Shown in pieces: positions 18,801 through 28,186 of a stretch of 64,000 nt of DNA. Within the stretch, counting starts at the first letter, position 1. Every line of letters starts with the position of its first letter. The notes below the pieces were generated by a model. The model made no database searches, had not been told where the DNA came from, and saw nothing but the letters and a program-made list of their open reading frames with translations. Both the position numbers and the translations under genes were made by a program. Source of the DNA: Candidatus Binatia bacterium (lineage in GTDB: Bacteria; Desulfobacterota; Binatia; UBA12015); contig JAQWJE010000014.1 in NCBI GenBank assembly GCA_029248525.1, positions 139,561 to 203,560 on the forward strand, given 5' to 3'.

Positions 18801-20030
18801 TCAGTCAGCGGCCTCCCTTGAGGCTGAGGAAGTGGCTGAGGACGAGGCCGCCGCCGGGATCGGACCGGTCACCGAGGCCAGTGGGATCGACACCATCCGG
18901 TCTCCTTTGGCGGTGCCCAGATAGAGCTTCTCGCCCACAGGCAGAGCGACTGTTGCAAAGCCCATCGGCGGGCCTTCATGCGCGAACACGGCCCCGCCCT
19001 CCATGGTTTCGGCATCCGCGCGGACCACAGAATAGGCAAGCGGGCATGGCCCCTCCGCGTCGAGACAACTCGTATTACCGATGAAATGATGATGGCCGAC
19101 AATCCAGATCCGCCCCGCATCATCCACGGTCACATTATCCGGCTGCTCGACCGCCACCTCCCCGAGATAGGCACCGGTCGTGGCGTCGCGACGAACAGAA
19201 CGGTTCTCCATATAATTATTGATATACAGTGTCTTGCCGTCGCGAGACGAAGCAATCCCGTTGGGCATCACAGCCTCCGACTCCGGCAGACGCGAAAATC
19301 CGGTCGCCGGGGACCAGATCCAGACCCAACCCGTATGGACCCCGAGTAAAAGCTTGCCCGCCGTGACGATCGTCCAGGTATCCTTGTCCCACATATGAGT
19401 GACGGCAATCTTTCCGTCCGGCAAGGCCGCTACGTCATTGAGGAGCGGGTCGCCCGCCGGCGCGACACAACCACGCCAGGAGATCGACCATTCGCCAGGT
19501 TTGCCCACCAACTCAAAGAACTCCACCGACTCCCGTCCCCCGTGGTTCACGACATAGAAACCGCGACGCCCGTCCTCGCGGCTGCGCAGATCGATGCCGT
19601 GCGGGCTGAACAAGCCGGGATCGGGTGCCGGACATTTGCGATCGGCCCAATTCTCGCCGTTGCCGTTCCAGTCAATCGGTAATTCGCGTCGCGAAGCGCC
19701 TTCGATCTCAAAAATCGCCAAACTGCCGGGCGTCCCTTTGAGGAAATTGCCCATCTCGCTCACGAATAATTCCTGACCGCCCGGTGCCGCGACCAGATCT
19801 TCGGGATTGGTGAAACCGCAATACGAGGTGATGCCGTCAGCCACCACACAGGAGTCCGTTGCCTCTGCCGCTTCCCCCGCAGCCGACGCGGAGGATGCCG
19901 GGGAAGCGGCAGACGTGCCACCGACCGTCCTGGTGGCAGCATTGGTGCACCCATTAGCCAGAAGAAACGGGGCAAGAACCACCCAAAGGGCAAAGAACCT
20001 GCGATTCGAAAGACGCTCGCTCATGGGCAT
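18801..20030 (-). CDS. Paraoxonase/SMP-30/strictosidine-synthase-like six-bladed beta-propeller (lactonase/arylesterase), probable lipoprotein
   Basis: NPEDL, PHGI, VVNHG.RESVE.F, NDV, PNGI, PDN motifs; LANGC lipobox-like; start uncertain (20030 or 20024). Confidence 0.8.
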   Translation of the reverse strand: MPMSERLSNRRFFALWVVLAPFLLANGCTNAATRTVGGTSAASPASSASAAGEAAEATDSCVVADGITSYCGFTNPEDLVAAPGGQELFVSEMGNFLKGTPGSLAIFEIEGASRRELPIDWNGNGENWADRKCPAPDPGLFSPHGIDLRSREDGRRGFYVVNHGGRESVEFFELVGKPGEWSISWRGCVAPAGDPLLNDVAALPDGKIAVTHMWDKDTWTIVTAGKLLLGVHTGWVWIWSPATGFSRLPESEAVMPNGIASSRDGKTLYINNYMENRSVRRDATTGAYLGEVAVEQPDNVTVDDAGRIWIVGHHHFIGNTSCLDAEGPCPLAYSVVRADAETMEGGAVFAHEGPPMGFATVALPVGEKLYLGTAKGDRMVSIPLASVTGPIPAAASSSATSSASREAAD

Positions 20031-20112
20031 TGACGCTATCACCCGAGGCACGGATCGCCGAACGCTTGCCTCCGATACGAAAACCTTGCACCGTGGTGCG
20101 ATGATAGAATTG

Positions 20113-21084
20113 ATGCCCACGTGCGCTGCTCTTCGCCCCCTCCCGCAGGCCTTCCTGCGCGCCACATCTGCCTGCATGATACTGCTCGGGTTGGCCGCTT
20201 GCTCGGGCAGTTCTGCGGCGCCGCCGGACCCGGCGGCACCACAGGCTTTCAACGCCGAGGGTTGCACACCGGTAGACTACGAGACAGGACAGACCACAGT
20301 CGTCGACATCGAATTCGACGGCCTGGACCGCTCCTACCGCCTCTTCCTACCGACCGGCTACGATAGCGCCGCACCAACGCCACTCACCCTCAACTGGCAC
20401 GGCCTCACCTCAACGTCCAGCCAGCAAGAGGCCTATACCGGGACGGCCATCGCAGAAGAACGTGGCTATATTCTGGCGTTCCCCATGGGCATCGGGAACG
20501 CGTTCAACGGCGGTGGTTGCTGCAGTCAATTCGGCAATCCCCCGCATAGCGAAGATGACGTGGGCTTCGCCCGGGCCATCGTGGACGATATCGCCAGCCA
20601 ATTCTGCGTCGACCGGCGTCGCATCTATTCGACCGGGATGTCCAACGGAGGTTATATGTCCGAGCGATTGGCGTGTAACGCCAGTGACCTTTTTGCCGCC
20701 GTCGCTCCGGTCTCGGCACTTGGGTATCCGGTACCGAACTGCGAACCTGGCCGCCCGGTGCCGCTGCTCGCCTTCAACGGCACCGAAGACCCCTTGGTGA
20801 GCTACGACGGCTCCACCCAGAGCGCCCAGATTTGGGCTGCCCGCAACGGCTGCGACCCGGAGCCGGTTCGCGCGGCGCGCGACGGGGATTATTGCGAGCG
20901 TTGGCTCTCGTGCACCGATGGAGCTGAGGTCGAGCACTGTACCATTGTCGGGATGGAGCATTGCTGGCCGAGCGACACGCAGGACATCGTCCTGCCCGGA
21001 TTCTGCGCAACCGGGGGACTGGGCCCGATCGATGCCAACAACGATATGTACGACTTCTTCGCAGCGCATCCGATGGTCGACTAG
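20113..21084 (+). CDS. PHB-depolymerase/LpqC-family esterase lipoprotein
   Basis: Lipobox LAAC; WHG, GGCC, DDVGF, GMSNGG nucleophile, GTEDP, HCWP. Confidence 0.85.
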   Translation: MPTCAALRPLPQAFLRATSACMILLGLAACSGSSAAPPDPAAPQAFNAEGCTPVDYETGQTTVVDIEFDGLDRSYRLFLPTGYDSAAPTPLTLNWHGLTSTSSQQEAYTGTAIAEERGYILAFPMGIGNAFNGGGCCSQFGNPPHSEDDVGFARAIVDDIASQFCVDRRRIYSTGMSNGGYMSERLACNASDLFAAVAPVSALGYPVPNCEPGRPVPLLAFNGTEDPLVSYDGSTQSAQIWAARNGCDPEPVRAARDGDYCERWLSCTDGAEVEHCTIVGMEHCWPSDTQDIVLPGFCATGGLGPIDANNDMYDFFAAHPMVD

Positions 21085-21118
21085 AGATCAGCGGTTCAGG
21101 CCAAGGGTCAGAGGTCGG

Positions 21119-22852
21119 TCAGAGGTCGGGCCGAACCGAGAAGATCAGGACGCCAGGGAGTTTCTGCTCCAGGCGCATGCCAAATTCATGCGGCACCTTG
21201 CTCGCGTCGACCCATTTCTTGCGGGGCGGACCGTTCAGCTTGAACAGAAGCACGACAATCGTCGTCAAATCGGTACTCTCCTGTAACCGCCGCAGAGCGG
21301 CCAGGTCCGGCAGAGCCTGCGCGTCGGCCAGCCGCTCGGCAAATCCCGCTGGCCAATAACCGTTGTAACCGTTGAGGACCGGGCGACGATGGTAGATCGA
21401 GCGATACATGGCATTGACCTGCCCTACCGGATCGAGAACACCGCGCCGATTCAACAGGGCGGGAAGTTCCAGAACCGGGCCCGAGCCCTCGGCCAACGCC
21501 GCCGCCACGATATCGTCAGGTGCCGGAGGCTGCAGCAGAGGGTATCGAGGTGGTACGACGCGGGGCCTCGCATAGCGGTCGGGTCCGACCCCCACCGCAC
21601 TTTCGTAATAAACCAGGCCCGCCCCCAGCACGACCACAACCCAACCAACGACAGCACCCGCACCCATTCGTCGGAGCGCGCCCGATACCGCCACGCCACA
21701 ACCTACCGACAGCCCGATCAAGGCGACAATTGCGAGTCGGTGTGGTTCGCGCACGACGTCGTAGACGCCGAGCCATTGCCCCAGCCACGCATGCGGGAGG
21801 CGGATCATCCCGCTCTCCAACCGCGCCACAGGCGTGAAGGAAACCAAAACTCCGACGCATACCCAGAAAAGAGCCATGCGAATCCCTGCAGCCTCGAGCC
21901 GTGGGGCATTGCGGCGGACACCCGGGAGCAAGCATATCCCGAGCAGAAGCAATGCGGACAATCCGACTCCGGTCGGCATCCGGGCATCGAGCGGCCCCCA
22001 CGGGAGACGCGTGAGCTGCATGACACCGCGCCATACGCTCTGGGACGCCAGATCAGGGTTTTCTACGCGAGTCAGTAAATAGGGGGCAAAGGCGAGGACG
22101 AGCGGTACGGCCGCCAAAGCCATGGCCCCCAACACCCGCCATCCCTCGGCTCGGCGCTGCGGCGAAAGCAATCGCAGCAGGCAGACCGCTCCCACCACGA
22201 GGTAGGTAGCAACGGCCAGGTACACAGTCGCCAAGCCCTGCAGAGTCAACAAGAAGGCCAGCACCAACAACCGGCGATTGCTCGACACTCCGGCAACAAG
22301 GAAAAGGAAAATCCAGGGCAAATAAAAGAGCATTGCGTAGTTCGGTGCGCACGGTGCCCATTGCCACCATAGCCAGCGGGAACTGAGCAACATCACAACC
22401 CCCGCAAGGCCCGCGGCGTGACGGCCCGTCAGCCGACGAACCACCAAATGTACACTGCCGGCGGTTGCGACCAGTCCGAAGAAAAACACCAGATTCAGTG
22501 CCAGTGTCGGGTTTCCCGACAAGGCAAAAACCGGCAGGAAAAGCGGCAACGCGCCGAAGGCGGCCTCTCCCAGAAGGATCGTCCGAGCCGCCGGGTAAAA
22601 GGCGCCTCCATCCAGCCATCGTCCCGGCGAAAAAAGCAGGGCATCAGATTGGTGGGCCAGTGCCCAGCCTACGAGCTGGCTATCGAAACGACACGCTTTT
22701 CCGCTCAGCGGCAAACCCGCCGCGAGCTGTGTGACCAAGGGCCAGGTCAGCCAAGCGGCGAGCAGGCCATAGGCAGCAAAGACCGCAAATATCTCAAAAC
22801 CCCGCAGGCGATCCGCCTCCGAAAGTCTGTACCCCCGATCAGGAGACGCCAC
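21119..22852 (-). CDS. Polytopic membrane protein, probable GT-C-fold glycosyltransferase
   Basis: About 11-13 hydrophobic segments; Asp in first loop (RFDSQLVGW); C-terminal GPVLELP...HRRPVLNGYNGY; overlaps the upstream GT2 gene. Confidence 0.65.
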   Translation of the reverse strand: MASPDRGYRLSEADRLRGFEIFAVFAAYGLLAAWLTWPLVTQLAAGLPLSGKACRFDSQLVGWALAHQSDALLFSPGRWLDGGAFYPAARTILLGEAAFGALPLFLPVFALSGNPTLALNLVFFFGLVATAGSVHLVVRRLTGRHAAGLAGVVMLLSSRWLWWQWAPCAPNYAMLFYLPWIFLFLVAGVSSNRRLLVLAFLLTLQGLATVYLAVATYLVVGAVCLLRLLSPQRRAEGWRVLGAMALAAVPLVLAFAPYLLTRVENPDLASQSVWRGVMQLTRLPWGPLDARMPTGVGLSALLLLGICLLPGVRRNAPRLEAAGIRMALFWVCVGVLVSFTPVARLESGMIRLPHAWLGQWLGVYDVVREPHRLAIVALIGLSVGCGVAVSGALRRMGAGAVVGWVVVVLGAGLVYYESAVGVGPDRYARPRVVPPRYPLLQPPAPDDIVAAALAEGSGPVLELPALLNRRGVLDPVGQVNAMYRSIYHRRPVLNGYNGYWPAGFAERLADAQALPDLAALRRLQESTDLTTIVVLLFKLNGPPRKKWVDASKVPHEFGMRLEQKLPGVLIFSVRPDL

Positions 22853-23603
22853 GAGCCGAACCCGAAAAAGGCTCCGAGGACATCAACCCCCATCGGGCCA
22901 ATCGGAATTTCAGGGCTGTTCCGAGGCAACCAAATCCATATTGGACGCTGCGGACAAAATTAATCGAGCTGGCATCGGTTGCGTAACGCGTGGGGCAACT
23001 CACCTCACCGATCGCCTCGTCGAGCCATAAAATCTGGGCCAGCATCTGATTATCAAATACGAAATCGTCCGAATTCGAATCCAGAGGCAGCCGGCGCAGC
23101 AGCTCCGCAGAGAACGCTCGATAGCCGGTATGGTATTCGGAAAGTTGCGCTCCCATCAAAATATTTGCGAACAGAGTCAAGAAGCGATTGGCGACAAACC
23201 GCCACCAGGGCATGCCCCCGCGCAAAGCATGGCCGCCCAAAATCCGGGAACCGAGCACGCAAGGGTAGAGACCATTGCCGATCAATCCGCTCATCGCCGG
23301 AATCAACTTGGGCGTATATTGATAGTCCGGGTGGACCATAATGACGATATCGCCGCCCTGCTCGAGCGCCAATCGGTAGCAACTCTTCTGATTGCCGCCA
23401 TAGCCTCGATTCCCATCGTGGCGATGCACCAGAGTGTTGGGCAGCGTCGCCGCCAGCGCCACGGTCTGATCGCTGCTGCAGTCGTCCACCACAATCACGA
23501 GGTCCACGACTCCCTGAGCCATCACCTCATCGTAGGTCTTCTGCAAGGTTGCCTCCGCATTATAGGCAGGCATGACGACGACGACTCTCTGATCCTTGAA
23601 AAT
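22839..23603 (-). CDS. GT2 glycosyltransferase (polyprenol-phosphate sugar synthase/DPM1-like)
   Basis: VVVMPAYNA, VDDCSSD, NRGYG, HPDYQY, GSR, EYHTGYR; first ATG at 23573 but likely ATT start at 23603. Confidence 0.9.
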   Translation of the reverse strand: MFKDQRVVVVMPAYNAEATLQKTYDEVMAQGVVDLVIVVDDCSSDQTVALAATLPNTLVHRHDGNRGYGGNQKSCYRLALEQGGDIVIMVHPDYQYTPKLIPAMSGLIGNGLYPCVLGSRILGGHALRGGMPWWRFVANRFLTLFANILMGAQLSEYHTGYRAFSAELLRRLPLDSNSDDFVFDNQMLAQILWLDEAIGEVSCPTRYATDASSINFVRSVQYGFGCLGTALKFRLARWGLMSSEPFSGSARGVS

Positions 23604-23733
23604 TAGCGCATCTCCTTACTGCTGCAGCAGAGAACCCGTCAGGCGCCCGCCTCGCAGCCTCCTTAAATCCTGATCGAGGGCGCAGCACAAGCAACGCTTT
23701 TACGCGAGCGAAGATTGCGATATCCGGTAGACC

Positions 23734-25944
23734 TTGAAGACCGCGCGCGCATCATACCTGTTCTGGACGATCGCGTTTCTGCTCCTCTCGCTACCGATTC
23801 TCCCGCTCCTGACCGATCATCTGGCCGACAACCCCAACCGGAACGATGCACGTCTGATCGTCTGGATTCTGGACTGGGTCTGGTACTCTCTCCTCCACGC
23901 CCCCGACATGATCGCCGAGGGGCCAATCAACTTTCCTGCCCCAGCCCAGCTCACCAGTTCCGATTGGTTCTATAGTGCGCAGACCGTTTTCGGTCCGATC
24001 CATGTCTGGACCGGAAATCCGGTACTCGCGGCGAACCTGACTGCGTGGCTGACCTATCCGCTGGCTGCATTCTGCATGGAACGTCTCGCCCGACGACTGG
24101 GCAGCGATCCGCTTCCCGCCATCACAGCGGGCCTCTTTTTCGCCCTCGCCTCGCGTCGGGTACCTTTCAATATCCACATTCTCCAGAACGCCAATTTTCT
24201 TCTGCCGCTGGTCGCATTGGCCGTCTTGAGCCTCTTTGACCGACCGGACCTTCGACGGACGTTGGCAGCGACTGCCGCGTTCCTGCTGGCCTGCCTGAGT
24301 GCACTCTATGGAGCCTTCTTTGCCGCTGTGACCGGGGCGATCGCCCTTGCGGCAGCATGGTGTCGGCCGACCGCCTCGCGCGGCCGTGCGACGGTCTACG
24401 CTTTGCTGGCAGCCGGAATCGCCGGTGGCATCGCGGCGATCACGCTGCGACCCTGGCTGGCGCGAGCCACTGACGAGCTTCGGCCCCTCGCCATCGCCGA
24501 CGCAAACCTCGCCAACTACGGCTCGGCACTGCTCGGTATCAGCCGGGTAGATCCGGTCTCGGCCATCAATTTCGCTTTGCCTGTGGTCTTCCTCGGCGCG
24601 CTTCTTGCGGCCGTCGCGCAACGAGGCGTGCGGGTCGGCGTAGCCTTCGGCGTCAGTATGTGGCTGCTGGGAGCCCTGCTGAGCCCCGGCTACCCCAAAG
24701 CGCTGGAATCCGTTCTGGCAGGGTCCCCTCTCTCTTTTCTCGCCTACCCCGACCGGCAACAAATTGTGGCCGATGTGGGTCGCGCCATACTTCTATCGCT
24801 TGCTTTGACCGGGCTGCGCAGTCTGCCATTCCGCAGTCTGCCACTCCGAGGTCTTCAGACATCAGCCTGCGGCCTTGTCGCGATCCTGCTTCTGTTGGTG
24901 CGCGGAACAGCTCTGGTCGACGGCAATTTCAGCCGTCCGCTTGCCTTCGGCAGTGACCGCCCTGCCTACCTCGCCCTGCAGGCTGCCCTGCAACCAGCTC
25001 CGGGCTCATCCGCACGGGTTACCTCCGGTCCCCTCCTTGAACTGCCGCTGCGACGACCGAACCCAAATGGAAGGGCAAAGGGAACTCCGGTCGCGCCCGA
25101 TGCCATGCTCGGGCAAACAATCCATCGGATTCCCCTCGTCGATGGCTATACGGGCTATCACCCTCCGCATCGCGCATTTCTGCTCGACGCAATCGGACGG
25201 CTGCCTTCCGGCCTCGCCCTCGCCGACCTGCAGCGAGCAACAGGTCTGGAATGGATCCTCCTGCGACCAGAAGCCGAGTGGCAGGGATATCCCACCAAGC
25301 GCGCCAGCGTCATCGACCTTCTCCGGAAATCCCCCGAGGTCGAGGAGATATCCGATCTCGGCGGATGGACATTGGCTCACCTCCGAGCCCCTTCTTCCTC
25401 GGATTGGCGCCAGGCCATAGCCGCGGGAACGGGCCGCAACCAGACAGCTCTCGGGTACCCGGCGGTTCCATTGACGGCGGCATCGACATCGGGCGAACTG
25501 AACGTGCAGGCAAGCCCCAGCGCAGGCCGCGCCAACCAGTATCTCCCGTTAGATGTGACACTCACCAATACGGGCGAGACACCGTGGCCAGGATCGCTCC
25601 AACCCCGGCGCTCCTGGATGCTCGACTTCGGTACCACCCGACCAAGAGGCCGCTTTCAGGAGGGCGTCCTGCAACGGCCGACGCCCTTCCCGGCTGAAAA
25701 ATCCGTCGTTCTGGCGATCAGGTGGAAGCCGCTCGATGAGGGAGCGAAGGCTCAGCCTGCGCAATTGGTGCCGCTACCACGCGACTTGCCCAACGGAGAG
25801 AGCGTCAGGTTTCCGGTGTTGCTGCGCTACCCGAAAGGATCCGGTTCCTATTCGTTCTCTCTGCAGCCCAGCCAGATCCTCGAGGGCAAACCGGTTGCCC
25901 TGCCAGTGGCCGCAGCAACTCGAAGGGTTCAGGTCACGCCGTAA
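23734..25944 (+). CDS. Polytopic membrane protein, probable GT-C-fold glycosyltransferase with C-terminal Ig-like domain; paralogue of 21119-22852
   Basis: RNDARLIVW first loop, TGNPVLA.NL, GPLLELP...HRIPLVDGYTGY; C-terminal V.LTNTG..PW beta-sandwich-like region. Confidence 0.65.
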   Translation: MKTARASYLFWTIAFLLLSLPILPLLTDHLADNPNRNDARLIVWILDWVWYSLLHAPDMIAEGPINFPAPAQLTSSDWFYSAQTVFGPIHVWTGNPVLAANLTAWLTYPLAAFCMERLARRLGSDPLPAITAGLFFALASRRVPFNIHILQNANFLLPLVALAVLSLFDRPDLRRTLAATAAFLLACLSALYGAFFAAVTGAIALAAAWCRPTASRGRATVYALLAAGIAGGIAAITLRPWLARATDELRPLAIADANLANYGSALLGISRVDPVSAINFALPVVFLGALLAAVAQRGVRVGVAFGVSMWLLGALLSPGYPKALESVLAGSPLSFLAYPDRQQIVADVGRAILLSLALTGLRSLPFRSLPLRGLQTSACGLVAILLLLVRGTALVDGNFSRPLAFGSDRPAYLALQAALQPAPGSSARVTSGPLLELPLRRPNPNGRAKGTPVAPDAMLGQTIHRIPLVDGYTGYHPPHRAFLLDAIGRLPSGLALADLQRATGLEWILLRPEAEWQGYPTKRASVIDLLRKSPEVEEISDLGGWTLAHLRAPSSSDWRQAIAAGTGRNQTALGYPAVPLTAASTSGELNVQASPSAGRANQYLPLDVTLTNTGETPWPGSLQPRRSWMLDFGTTRPRGRFQEGVLQRPTPFPAEKSVVLAIRWKPLDEGAKAQPAQLVPLPRDLPNGESVRFPVLLRYPKGSGSYSFSLQPSQILEGKPVALPVAAATRRVQVTP

Positions 25945-26038
25945 ACATTCGGGCCAAAAGGGGCCCAGTGGGAATTCGAGGCAGTTGAGGCAGTTGGCAA
26001 GGCGGCATCGTGCCGAGCCCCGACTGGGCGAGCCGTTG

Positions 26039-26242
26039 TCAGCCTTCGAGTCGTTCGGGCCGAATATTTCCATACTCGACCAGCGCCTGCCCGGCGCGCT
26101 CGGCTCGGTCGATTGTGTGGATCACTTCCTCCCAGGCGGGATCCATGCGGATCGCGGGATTCTCTACGGTCGCGAGAACCTCCTGAGCTTGGCGAACAAT
26201 GGAAAGAACCTTTTCGGCGACCTCTATGGGTTTGGCACTCAT
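26039..26242 (-). CDS. Small hypothetical protein (67 aa, helical)
   Basis: GGAGG RBS 7 nt before ATG 26242, 16 nt downstream of the LLM gene stop. Confidence 0.55.
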   Translation of the reverse strand: MSAKPIEVAEKVLSIVRQAQEVLATVENPAIRMDPAWEEVIHTIDRAERAGQALVEYGNIRPERLEG

Positions 26243-26258
26243 CGAATTCCTCCAGATC

Positions 26259-27131
26259 TCAACCGCGAAACTTTGCGATAATATCGTTGGCGTATTGCTC
26301 GATCGGCTGCAGCTTCTCCTCGTAGGAAACGTCGCCCCCACGATAGAAGTCACGGAAACCGATGATCACATCGGTAATGCCGCGGTCCTCGAGTCGCTTC
26401 AAACCATCGACGGAATATCCGTCCATCGAGATCGCATGGACCTCGAAGGGTTCCTTCTCTCGACCCGCCTCGACACGAAGCTCGTGTAACCGCGCCAGAT
26501 AGGTATCCAACTCGGCGGGATCGCCACCCGCATGCATCCAACCATCTCCCAGACGCGCGGCTCTCTTCAGGGCCGGCTCGGAGTGGCCGCCGATTAAAAT
26601 AGGAATTGGCTGGGTCACGCCCGGGCATATCTTCGCACTCTGGAGGTCGTAGAACTCGCCCTTGTAGGAAAAGTACTCGCCCGCCTCCAGGCCGCGGATG
26701 ATCTCGATCATCTCGTTCATCCGCTTGCCGCGTCGTTTCCAGGACTGGTTGCAGATATCGAAATCTTCCGGCCAGGGACTGAGACCAACCCCGAGTGCGA
26801 GCCTGTTTCCGGAGAGGACAGCAACCGACGTCGCTTGCTTGGCCACCAGTACCGGTTCGCGAATCGGCAGTTTCACCACGAAGGTCGCGAAACGCAGTCG
26901 AGTGGTGACGGCCGCCATTGCCGGGATGAGAGAAAACGGCTCGATGAAAGGCTTGCCATCGAGAAAACTACGATCGCCATCATCTGTATAGGGATATTTA
27001 CTATCCGAGAATTGCGGGTAGCAAATGCTGTCCGGAACCACGGCCGTGTCCCAACCGCAGGCTTCTGCGGCCTGCGCCAACGGCAAATAATGGGTGGGAT
27101 CACCCATCGACTCTGCGTAGGAAAATCTCAT
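26259..27131 (-). CDS. LLM-class (luciferase-like) oxidoreductase, probably F420-dependent
   Basis: LAQAAE..G, AAVTTRLR, R.P...AK, SG.RL.LGVG, PILIGG.S..ALKRAAR.GDGW. Confidence 0.85.
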   Translation of the reverse strand: MRFSYAESMGDPTHYLPLAQAAEACGWDTAVVPDSICYPQFSDSKYPYTDDGDRSFLDGKPFIEPFSLIPAMAAVTTRLRFATFVVKLPIREPVLVAKQATSVAVLSGNRLALGVGLSPWPEDFDICNQSWKRRGKRMNEMIEIIRGLEAGEYFSYKGEFYDLQSAKICPGVTQPIPILIGGHSEPALKRAARLGDGWMHAGGDPAELDTYLARLHELRVEAGREKEPFEVHAISMDGYSVDGLKRLEDRGITDVIIGFRDFYRGGDVSYEEKLQPIEQYANDIIAKFRG

Positions 27132-27150
27132 GGTTCTGTCCTATCGGGCT

Positions 27151-28116
27151 CTAGTTGCCCAGCTTGGATCGATCGGACCAGAAGAGCACCACCGGTGCCG
27201 CGATATAGATCGAAGAATATGTGCCCGTGATGAAACCGATCACCAACGTGAAGGCGAATGGTTCCAGCCCCTTGCCGCCGAGGAAGAACAAGGCGAAAAG
27301 CACAAAAAGTGCCGTTCCTGTCGTCAGCAGCGTTCGCGACAGAGTGTCATTGATACTGCGATTGATGATATCTCCAAGTTTGCCCTTGGGGTTTCGCTTC
27401 AGGTTCTCGCGAACGCGGTCGGACACGATAATCGTGTCGTGCACCGAGAAGCCAATCACCGTCAGCAAGCCGGCCAAAGTCGTCAAATCAAATGTATATT
27501 GGGTCAACATCAATGCCCCGGTGGTAATCAGCACGTCGTGGATCAAGGCGATGACCGCCCCCAAGCCGAAACTCGTTTCGAAACGGGCAGTAATATAGAG
27601 CCCCATGAAAACGGTCGCGAAGAGAATTGCCATGAAGCCCTGGCGCCGCAGATCTGCCCCGACTTTGGGACCGACACTCTCGACGCTGAGAATCTCGACG
27701 CCTCCCTCCCCACCGGTCGCGGCGAATAGCTGCTTGAGCGTGCGCGAGATGGAGTTCATTTCCTCGCCTTCAGTGATTTCAAAGCGCAGGAGGAATTCGC
27801 TTCCCTGGACACCGAAGTCCTGCACCGTCAAATCGCGCAGATCGAGAGGCACCAGTTCAGCCCGGACCGCATTGGCATCCGTAGGCGCTGCAAAGCGGAC
27901 TCGCATCGAAGTTCCACCCGTAAAATCGACGCCGTAGTTCAGAGGGCGAGCGAAAAAGAGGACGATGGCCAGAACGTTGAGAATCGTCGAAATGATCAAA
28001 AAGAACTTGCGGCGGCCGACGAAATCGATCGCCAGGCCTTCCGGGAGGAGGCTACGAAAATTGAGATCAGCAGAGGCTTTTCGCCCCGCGACCTTTGCAC
28101 CTTTGTCCATATCCAC
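27151..28116 (-). CDS. secF: Protein translocase subunit SecF
   Basis: GVDFTGGT, VGPKVG, HDV, GFSVHDTIIVSDRVRE, SRTLLT, GTYSSIYIA. Confidence 0.95.
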   Translation of the reverse strand: MDMDKGAKVAGRKASADLNFRSLLPEGLAIDFVGRRKFFLIISTILNVLAIVLFFARPLNYGVDFTGGTSMRVRFAAPTDANAVRAELVPLDLRDLTVQDFGVQGSEFLLRFEITEGEEMNSISRTLKQLFAATGGEGGVEILSVESVGPKVGADLRRQGFMAILFATVFMGLYITARFETSFGLGAVIALIHDVLITTGALMLTQYTFDLTTLAGLLTVIGFSVHDTIIVSDRVRENLKRNPKGKLGDIINRSINDTLSRTLLTTGTALFVLFALFFLGGKGLEPFAFTLVIGFITGTYSSIYIAAPVVLFWSDRSKLGN

Positions 28117-28186
28117 CTCGACTCCGAATTCTACTGAAAACCCGTGCTTTTACTAGCAACACGGAGCCCCGCGCTCAACCGGAGGC

